A DNA stretch of 64,000 nucleotides from Squalus acanthias (Eukaryota). Where the stretch lies: the NCBI GenBank assembly GCA_030390025.1, contig JASTWF010000080.1, forward strand, positions 62,001-126,000. Reading direction: 5' to 3'. The position numbers were made by a program, and so were the translations under genes. Of the stretch, positions 1 to 8,430 are shown piece after piece (within the stretch, counting starts at the first letter, position 1; each line of letters starts with the position of its first letter). The notes beneath the pieces were generated by a model. The model saw only the letters and a program-made list of their open reading frames with translations. It did not search any database and was not told the origin of the DNA.

Positions 1-291
1 CAGCCCCCTCCTAGTCTCATGAGGTCATTTTCCTCCTTATCTCTGTTCTAAAGGTCTTGTTGGCCTCTTGTAGACAGCTTATTTATCCTCCAGCTCCTTG
101 CTGCATCTCGTATCAGGCCTAGTTATGCCCACTCGAAGGCCTGTTTTTGTGTTCGGACCTCGTAATTCAGCTCTCTGTACAGCTATTTTTCTGACATGAC
201 TGGAATCTTTCTGTGTCATCAACTTAGGCAAACTGCTGATCGAGGGAACCCGTAACAGACTATTATTTCTTTCAATCCATGATTTCTTACA
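1..291 (-). mobile_element. Partial LTR (type B, 5' LTR of the junction ERV-like element), truncated by the window start
   Basis: Near-identical to 37229-37522 and 57231-57522; ends in ...TTCTTACA (minus-strand start TGTAAGAA). Confidence 0.8.
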
Positions 292-1177
292 AGTGTCTGG
301 GAGGGTGAGACGGGGTCAGGAGGGGAGTGAGATTAGTCTGACCGGGTTGAACAGGGTCTGGAAGGGTGAGACGGGGTCAGGAGGGGAGTGAGATTAGTCT
401 GACAGGGTTGAACAGTGTCTGGGAGGGTGAGTCGGGGTCAGGAGGGGGAGTGAGATTAGTCTGACAGGGTTTAACAGTGTCTGGGAGGGTGAGACGGGGT
501 CAGGAGGGGAGTGAGATTAGTCTGACAGGGTTTAACAGTGTCTGGGAGGGTGAGACGGGGTCAGGAGGGGAGTGAGATTAGTCTGACAGGGTTTAACAGT
601 GTCTGGGAGGGTGAGACGGGATCAGGAGAGGAGTGAGATTAGTCTGACAGGGTTTAACAGTATCTGGGAGGGTGAGACGGGGTCAGGAGGGGGAGTGAGA
701 TTAGTCTGACAGGGTTTAACAGTGTCTGGGAGGGTGAGACGGGGTCAGGAGGGGAGTGAGATTAGTCTGACAGGGTTTAACAGTGTCTGGGAGGATGAGA
801 TGGGGTCAGGAGGGGAGTGAGATTAGTCTGACAGGGTTTAACAGTGTCTGGGAGGATGAGATGGGGTCAGGAGGGGATTGAGATTAGTCTGACAGGGTTT
901 AACAGTGTCTGGGAGGATGAGATGGGGTCAGGAGGGGAGTGAGATCAGCCTGACAGGGTTTAACAGTGTCTGGGAGGGTGAGACGGGGTCAGGAGCGGAG
1001 TGAGATTAGTCTGACAGGGTTTAACAGTATCTGGGAGAGTGAGATGGGGTCAGGAGGGGAGTGAGATTAGTCTGACAGGGTTTAACAGTGTCTGGGAGGG
1101 TGAGATGGGGTCAGGAGGGGAGTGAGATTAGTCTGACAGGGTTTAACAGTGTCTGGGAGGGTGAGACGGGGTCAGGA
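292..1177. repeat. ~60-bp minisatellite (repeat B), left part, split by the foamy-like provirus
   Basis: Tandem GGGAGGGTGAGACGGGGTCAGGAGGGGAGTGAGATTAGTCTGACAGGGTTTAACAGTGTCT; resumes in register at 7628. Confidence 0.95.
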
Positions 1178-2287
1178 TCAAGGGATAATTACTAGCCCTA
1201 GCCCATTTGTGGCTACCCCGGATCAGGCATATTTCTCAGATGTTCACTTTCAACTATAGTTTGGGTTAGCTGCATCCGAAAGACGCTTAATTGGGTGTAA
1301 AGGTCCGGACTATCTCTCCCTAAAGGAAAGGAACAACTCGAGAATGTTACCGTCCTCCAGATAGCACTTTTAATAAGTTTAGCTAGACTGTAACGTTCCG
1401 GATATTATGAGGGTCCGGAAAACTCCCCCAGAATTCTGCAACTCCTCACCAAAGAGTGTACAGAGATTGAGTATGCGAGTTTTTGATGCAGAAGTCTTGT
1501 GAGACAATTCTAAAAATATATAGATTTATTAAAGAACCGGCATGCAATTTACAGTTGGTGAATCAATCGCAACATGAACAGTTCCAAAAAGAGAAAACAT
1601 ACGATCATTTTAACAGAGAATCTTACTTTCAAATCTTAACTTCGCTACAGTATTACAGTTCTTAAAGTGTTCCACAGAATATCCACCAATATCAAATACC
1701 TTTGATCCCCGAGGTACAAAGAGCTGAAGCCGAGAATCGCTTTGCCTGATTAAAGCGAGTCTGTTATCCCATTTGAGAGTTCAATATTTATATCCTTTTC
1801 CAGTGGTATTTCCTTTAAAGTTTTCTGCTGATGCAAGCTAATTATCTCTAGTCATTTTTCTGCCAACCTCTGCAACTCTTACAGCCACCTCAGCCAGAAT
1901 CATGTCTCATCTCTAGGTGTTCTAAGTTTACCATATAAAAACAGTGTGACAGCAGGTGTTCCTTACTTTATGTCATCTTTACGAGGGCAGATGTTCCTTA
2001 TCTTATGTGCTTCTTTACAAAGTGTAAATTAGAACACCTTATCCAGGGTGAACCATTGTTTCGTTCCCGAAAGTTCAGCCTGTCGGAGCCCTTCACCTTC
2101 TGTTTCAATAAGGTTATTTATTCAGGGTCAACATCTATCTGATCTCAATAGCCAGAATGCTTTCACAGCTATTTCATAGTTAGGTTTCTAAATTTCCAAA
2201 CCCAGTTTGTCATGTTTTAATAAGGCCAGAATTCTTTCATAAGATAGTGTATTTTTCTGAATAGGTTATATGGCTTATTCCTTCACA
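1178..2287 (-). repeat. 3' LTR of the foamy-like provirus
   Basis: Direct repeat of 6505-7627; preceded on the minus strand by the PPT; minus strand begins TGTGAAGG. Confidence 0.9.
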
Positions 2288-2788
2288 CCCACCTCTTGAC
2301 TAAAAAATGAGCTCGAACATCAGTGCAGAGTTTGGTCAATGTTACAAATAAGGTTGCAATAGTACATTAATTTCACGAGATTCACAAGAGCCCAATCATG
2401 TGCTACATGAAAATTCCTTTAAGTCATCCCAGGACTATGTTTTACCTTATTTTAAATTGAACACAAATGAAAAGAATGATAGGAACATTGTCATGCAATT
2501 AGCGAAACAACATGTACTTAGAATGTCCAATTGACAGATGTATGTTCCGTAGAGCTGAGTTATTCATACGAGTTAAGGAGACGTCATTTGGAGCTGGCTG
2601 AAGCTTGACACAATGTTCCATTGATCCAGCGTGAGGACAGATTCTTGTTTTCGTAAAGGCCTTGCCAGAATCTCAGATGATTCCTTCTCCATCCACAGTG
2701 TTTCCTCCTTCGTTGAAGTAACTTGTTGGTCTTTACTTGTTTTGGTTGTGGCTTTTTGCGAATCCAATTTCTGAGGCGTTGCCAAGCA

Positions 2789-4368
2789 TCATGTGGAGGA
2801 GTCGGCGACACTGTCTGGCTGACTGTCGTCAGTAGTTCCATCGCATCCATTTGCTGTGTCGTGCTCCAAGCTGGGTCTTGGAAGACAGTGTACGACAGCA
2901 CCTTGTATTGTTCCTCCCTTCCGGTATCCAGCAGGACATCTTTTGAGATTGTCTATGGAGACAGTTTTAAGAATATGTTTGCCATTCGGCTGATTAATAT
3001 GTATTTTAACAGTTCTTTCATTAATAACGGAACGTATTTGAACAGGTTTTTTCCACTTATGTCTTAAACCAGGTTTTTGCTCGAACTTCTTTTCCTGTAC
3101 CCATTCTCCTGCTAGGGGTTGCCATGCTTTGTTTGTCAATTTTTTCTGCCTATTTGTCTCCCTTATCCTCTGATCAATTTAATGTATCTCCTCTGTTTCT
3201 TTTTTTAAATCTAACTGTCACTGTCGGGTAAAGGAATCAGAGAGTGCAGAGGCATTAAAAGAACTATGGGTAAGCGGTGTATGCATCTCAACCCCATACA
3301 TCAGATAATATGGAGTTTTAGGGGACACTGTCCCTGATGCAGATGCGGGCACATTATTGAGTGATAGCTGTACCTCCGGAATGACGGTGTTCCACTTATT
3401 TCCCCTGATTCTCAACAGTTTGACCAATAGCTTTTTTACTTCCTGGTTTTTACGTTCCACCAGCCCCGCTGATTGTGGATGACGTGGCGTGCTGTGCTCT
3501 AACCCAATCCCCCATTGCTCGCAGTAGTCTTTGAAGACCTTGGAGACAAAGGCTCCGCCTTGATCGGAGTGTAAGATTTTGGGTGCACCAGCTACAGTAA
3601 TTATGTCATTGGCGAGTGTGTTTTCCGAAACAGTTTTTGTGGGGACCAGCCAGCAGAAGGAAGTGCATCCATCTACACAAATGAGAACATGTCTGTATCC
3701 CAAAGATGGGGGAAGTGGTCCAATGAAGTCAATAATGAATTTTCCCATTGGTTCATCAGCTTTCACACAAGCCAATGGTGGTGGCTTAATTAGTGATGAC
3801 TCATTGGTTAAATAGCATGGCTCACAATTTGCCACGTATGTTTTACAGGCCTTAAGCATGCCTGGCCACCAATATAAGAGAGTCAATTTACAGAATGTTG
3901 TTCTGGCACCACAATGTGCTTGACCTATGCCCTCGTGAGCTCCTTTTACAAGCTATTCTCGTTTGTGTCTCGGGGGTACCTCTCGGTTTCCCTTGAGCAC
4001 AATACCAGTAGGGGTTTCTGAGTAAAAGTACTTTGATGGATATCCTGGTGGATTCTCTTTTGTTGGCTCTAATAGCTGAATCAGTTCCTCATCCTGATTA
4101 GCTGCCCGTTCTGCCCTAGTAATAACACTAATATTGGCAGGCCCCTCTCGAGGGGGTGTCATGCAGACTGAACATTTCGCTTGTTCGTCTGCAAGACTGT
4201 TTCCTTTTGAGTGTACTGTCCCAGTGGTATGCCCGTTTACATGAATCACCTGACAATTCTGTTTCTCCATCCTCGAACGGAGAATGTCTTCCCACAATGA
4301 CTTATGTTTTATGGGTTTAGCCTTATGGTTGGTAAAGTTTGTTTGTTCCCAGAAAACTAGATCTTGGT
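2789..4368 (-). pseudogene. pol: Foamy-like pol: C-terminal RNase H and integrase, with in-frame stops
   Basis: ORFs 3953-4381, 3218-3886 and 2789-3139 share one frame. Motifs: KPIKH..W, HVNGH, GNSLAD; HHCC (H..AHCG...CEPC); DDE (FIIDFIGPLPPS, LHSDQGGAF, HPQSAGLVERKN); C-terminal W.KP and TVSIDNLK as in prototype foamy virus integrase. Confidence 0.9.
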
Positions 4369-5024
4369 ATAACAACAGCAAACGCTGGAAAAACTCAGCA
4401 GGCCAGGTAGCATCCGTGGAGAGAGAAACAGAGTTAACGTTTCAGGTCGAAGACCTTTCGTCAGAACTGGAAAAAAGCAGGAAATGAAATAGATTTAAAG
4501 CAAGTATAAAGCTGGGAAAAGGGGGAGGGGATGAAAGAACAAAGGGGAAGGTCAGTGGTGGGATAGAAAGCAGGAGAGATTAAGAGACATTGAGAGACAT
4601 TAAGAGATAATCAAGGTAAGTGGAGGTGTTAATGTGACAGGTTGAGGCGAGATGAAGTGTGAGATGCGCTGGCAGAATGAAGGACAGCTGCCAGCTTATG
4701 GGAGGGGGGAAAAAAGGCCAAACAAAAGGGTGGATGAAAAAAAATATATAAATGTGATAGGGGCCAAGGTTATGATCTGAAATTGTTGAACTCAATGTTG
4801 AGTCCAGAGGGCTGTAGGGTGCCTAAACGAAAGATGAGGTGCTGTTCCTCGAGCCTACGCTGAGCTTCCGTGGAACAATGCAAGAAGCCGAGGACGGTGA
4901 GGTCAGAGTGGGAGTGGAGCGGAGAATTAAAGTGACAGTCCACCGGGAGCTCGGGGTCCCCCTTACGGACTGAACGGAGGTGTTCCGCAAAGCGGTCACC
5001 CAATCTGCGTTTGGTCTCCCCAAT
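4369..5024 (-). mobile_element. 5'-truncated Penelope-like element (GIY-YIG endonuclease C-terminus plus 3' region) inserted in foamy RNase H
   Basis: IGETKRRLGDRFAEHLRSV...HFN...RRLEEQHLIFRLGTLQPSGLNIEF; flanked by duplicated ATCTTGGT (4361-4368; 5023-5030 and 5032-5039). Confidence 0.85.
4431..4470 (-). ncRNA. Minimal hammerhead ribozyme motif in the Penelope 3' region
   Basis: Minus strand CCAGTT-CTGACGA-A-AGGTC-TTC-GACCT-GAAAC-GTT-AACT: CUGANGA and GAAA cores, stem II, stem I AGUU/AACU, loop-less palindromic stem III. Confidence 0.7.
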
Positions 5025-5031
5025 CTTGGTT

Positions 5032-5345
5032 ATCTTGGTTATATCCTCTTTTACAATAGTCACTATCTGTACAGATTAATGTGGGTTTAAGAGGGTCTGC
5101 CTTTTCTAAAGCATACGGCTTCAGGATATTGCGCTGTTTTATGGCCAAGGGGTATGGACAGTAATTCTTCTGGATAAAAAGAATAGGAATCTCAAAAAGT
5201 CCCTGCTACTATCCCCATCCCAGCTGAGGATTGTTGGGATGTCCCTTTTTTAATCGTCATTGACGATCCCTCATAGTAAATGACTTGTTGGTAGCAATCG
5301 TTTGAATTTCCTAATAAAAAGACTTGGCCAATTCCGACAGGGTTT
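5032..5345 (-). pseudogene. pol: Foamy-like pol: N-terminal RNase H fragment
   Basis: Manual translation YQQVIYYEGSS...SAGMGIV...LSIPLGHKTAQYPE...TLICTDSDY matches foamy FYTDGS/AGMGIV/WSIPLGNHTAQMAE/ITDSFY; contains a stop and a frameshift. Confidence 0.8.
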
Positions 5346-5470
5346 GCCATTTCGTCAGGACCTAACCTCGGTTAGGATTTAATATGAACTTTATAAGAAA
5401 TTTCTAGACCTGAATGGTATATTGAGGGAGTTCTGATTTAAGTTCTACAAGGCCTGATCAGGGACTTCTT

Positions 5471-6357
5471 GGGGGAAAAATTCAGTTGGTTGCGCCTCCC
5501 GTTAGTGCCTTAAGAGGGCACTAATGGGGCGCAAAGCAACTAGTGCCCGGGCGCGGCGATGTTTGCGCCGCTCGCGAAATTAACTAGACATTTTGCGGCG
5601 GCGCTAAACAGTACCGCCACGATCTCCTGCGCCGGCAGATCGTGACGTCAGTCGAGTGCGCAACGCCCCGGTAGTGCCACGGAGCGGATATTGAGTGGCG
5701 CCCCCTGCCTTACCGCCTGCCGCTAGCAACGACAGGTTGAGGGAAGCGTTTTGCAGTCAGGAAGGGACTGGGGAGCGCTATTTAAAGGCGACCGCTTCCT
5801 GCCTTTTTTTGTTGGCGACATTTTTGAACCACGCATTCGGAGAGAGAGAGAGTTCTGGAGAGATTCAACGCTGTGTGAAGGAGTTTTGGGTACTGTGCAG
5901 TACTTTGCAGGTTCATTTTGATTTGCCCTTCCTTGTATCGATTTAGAAGTCACTGTGGGGGCTGCACTCTGAGCTCTTTCCCTGGGCCTCCCCATTGCTC
6001 TTTCCAGCAGATTTGATGTACAGGTTTCTCCAGGCCGAGATTCAAGGCTGCAATGAGCAGGATGTGGATGGAAAGCAAGATCAACCCTCCCCTTTAAGAA
6101 CTGGCCGGGGCCATTTTGTGTGTGTTCCATTGCTGACTGACATCACATGAGCTTCGCCAGCGCGCTGAGTTAGCGCCTCGCTCCTCGGCCTTTGCGCCTT
6201 AAGACAGAGGTGTAGCGCCTGATTTAGCGCTCCAATCACCTCCAGGGGCGATAAAAGTCAAGTTTGCAGTCGGAGGGCGATAATTAGCGCCAGGCGCTAA
6301 TCTTTGCGCCGGGCTGATAATTGCACCCCAAACGGGGCGATACTGAATTTCCCCCCC
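5471..6357. mobile_element. ~890-bp non-autonomous TIR DNA transposon (probably PIF/Harbinger-type) nested in the provirus leader
   Basis: Imperfect TIRs GGGGNNNAAATTCAGT; 3-bp flanks CTT/GTT; same family as 24814-25706 and 44343-45235, in opposite orientation. Confidence 0.7.
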
Positions 6358-6504
6358 GTTGTCTCTAGAGACTTAAATCTGGGTCTTAGTACCACTGTCA
6401 GTAAAACACTCCTTCTATACTTAACAATATACGAGATGGATATAGATATAAATATAAGTAGATGGTTCTGTATCAACTCATTAACACACACGTTGGTCGC
6501 CAAC

Positions 6505-7627
6505 TGAAGGGATAATTACTAGTCCTAGCCCCTTTAGGGCTGCCCCGGATCAGGCGTATTTCTCAGACGTTCACTTTCAACTAAAGTTTGAGGTAGCCGA
6601 ATCCTAAAGACGCTTAATTGGGTCTAAAGGTCTGGTCTATCTCTCCCTGAAGGAAAGTAACAACCCGAGAATGTTACCGTCCTCCAGATAGCACTTTTAA
6701 TAAGTTTTGCTAGACTGTAACGTTCCGGCCATTATGAGGGTCCGGAAAACTCCCCCAGAATTCTGCAACTCCTCACCAAAGAGTGTACAGAGATTGAGTT
6801 TGCGAGTTTTTGATACAGAAGTCTTATGTGAGACAATTCTAAAAATATATAGATTTATTAAAGAACCGGCATGCAGTTTACAGTTGGTGAATCAATCGCA
6901 ACATTTACAGTTCCAAAAAGAGAAAACATACGATCTTTTTAACAGAGAATTTTACTTTCAAATCTGAACTTCGCTACAGTATTACAGTTCTTAAAGTGTT
7001 CTACAGGATATCCACCAATATCAAATACCTTTGATCCCCGAGGTAAAAAGAGTTTGAGAATACAGAGCCGCCTCTGAAGCCAAGAATCGCTTTGCCCAAT
7101 TAAAGTAAGTCTGTTATCCCATTTGAGAGTTCAATATTTATACCCTTATCCAGTGGTATTTCCTTTAAGGTTTTCTGCTGATGCAAGCTAATTATCTCTA
7201 GTCATTTTTCTGTCACTTTTACAGCCACCTCAGCCAGAATCATGTCTCATCTCCAGGTGTTCTAAGTTTACCATATAAAAACAGTGTGAGGGCAGGTGTT
7301 CCTTACTTTATGTCATCTTGACGAGGGCAGATGTTTCTTACCTTATGTGCTTCTTTACGAAGTGTAAATTAGAACACCTTATCCAGGGTGAACCATTGTT
7401 TCGTTCCCAAAAGATCAGCCTGTCGGAGCCCTTCACCTTCTGTTTCAATAATGTTATTTATTCAGGGTCAACATCTATCTTTACTCAATAGCCAGAACGC
7501 TTTCACAGCTATTTCATAGTTAGGTTTCTACATTTCCAAACCCAGCTTGTCATGTTTTAATAAGGCCAGAATTCTTTCATAAGGTAGTGTATTTTTCTGA
7601 CTAGGTTATATGGCTTATTCCTTCACA
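6505..7627 (-). repeat. 5' LTR of the foamy-like provirus
   Basis: Minus strand TGTGAAGG...CCCTTCA, followed by the PBS; minus-strand AATAAA at 6854-6859. Confidence 0.9.
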
Positions 7628-7927
7628 AGGAGGGGAGTGAGATTAGTCTGACAGGGTTTAACAGTGTCTGGGAGGGTGAGACAGGATCAGGAGGGGAGTG
7701 AGATTAGTCTGACAGGGTTTAACAGTGTCTGGGAGGGTGAGACAGGATCAGGAGGGGAGTGAGATTAGTCTGACAGGGTTTAACAGTGTCTGGGAGGGTG
7801 AGACGGGGTCAGGAGGGGAGTGAGATTAGTCTGACAGGGTTTAACAGTGTCTGGGAGGGTGAGACAGGATCAGGAGGGGAGTGAGATTAGTCTGACAGGG
7901 TTTAACAGTGTCTGGGAGGGTGAGACG
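7628..7927. repeat. ~60-bp minisatellite (repeat B), right part
   Basis: Same unit as 292-1177. Confidence 0.95.
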
Positions 7928-7984
7928 GCGTCGGTGAGGATGTGAGTGTGTGTGGCGGGTTTGATGCTTGACATTATGCCTGGT

Positions 7985-8300
7985 CTGTGCTCCCAGTACT
8001 GGAGATTCCCCACACTCACTCTGTCCCTCAGTTCTACATTCCTCTCTCTCACTCTCTCCTCTCAGTGCCCTGTGCTCCCAGTACTGGAGATTCCCCACAC
8101 TCACTCTGTCCCTCAGTTCTACATTCCTCTCTCTCACTCTCCCCTCTCAGTGCCCTGTGCTCCCAGTACTGGAGATTCCCCACACTCACTCTGTCCCTCA
8201 GTTCTACATTCCTCTCTCTCACTCTCTCCTCTCAGTGCCCTGTGCTCCCAGTACTGGAGATTCCCCACACTCACTCTGTCCCTGAGTTCTACATTTCCCG
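7985..8300. repeat. 85-bp tandem repeat in the intron after the TM exon (also 38447-38645 and 59312-59680)
   Basis: Unit starts CTGTGCTCCCAGTACTGGAGATTCCCCACACTCAC at 7985, 8070, 8155 and 8240. Confidence 0.9.
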
Positions 8301-8316
8301 TCTCTCTGATTCTTAC

Positions 8317-8430
8317 CTCTCCGTTGTTTTATCCAGATGAATATTCCGAATATCCCGATTATAACCAGTGCCGCAACTAATGCCATTATAATTCCAGGAT
8401 GGGAGCATGCACCACTGTTTTTCGGTATTT
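8317..8430 (-). CDS. MHC class I gene 1 connecting peptide/TM exon
   Basis: [38 protein letters not shown]; tttcag acceptor, gtaaga donor. Confidence 0.85.

Larger units (their letters stand above)
1178..7627 (-). mobile_element. Endogenous foamy-virus-like (spuma-related) provirus, internally deleted (gag, PR, most RT and most env absent)
   Basis: Two ~1.1-kb LTRs (1178-2287, 6505-7627); 4-bp TSD AGGA (1174-1177 / 7628-7631); PBS TGGCGACCAACGTG at ~6485-6502 resembling the tRNA-Lys1,2 PBS; PPT AAGAGGTGGG at 2288-2297; RNase H and integrase with foamy-type motifs. Confidence 0.9.

Noticed and set aside
5345-6484. TIR element as the cause of the foamy gag-RT deletion
   Set aside because: It keeps a near-TSD (CTT/GTT), and pol similarity seems to begin ~125 bp away, so it looks like a simple insertion.
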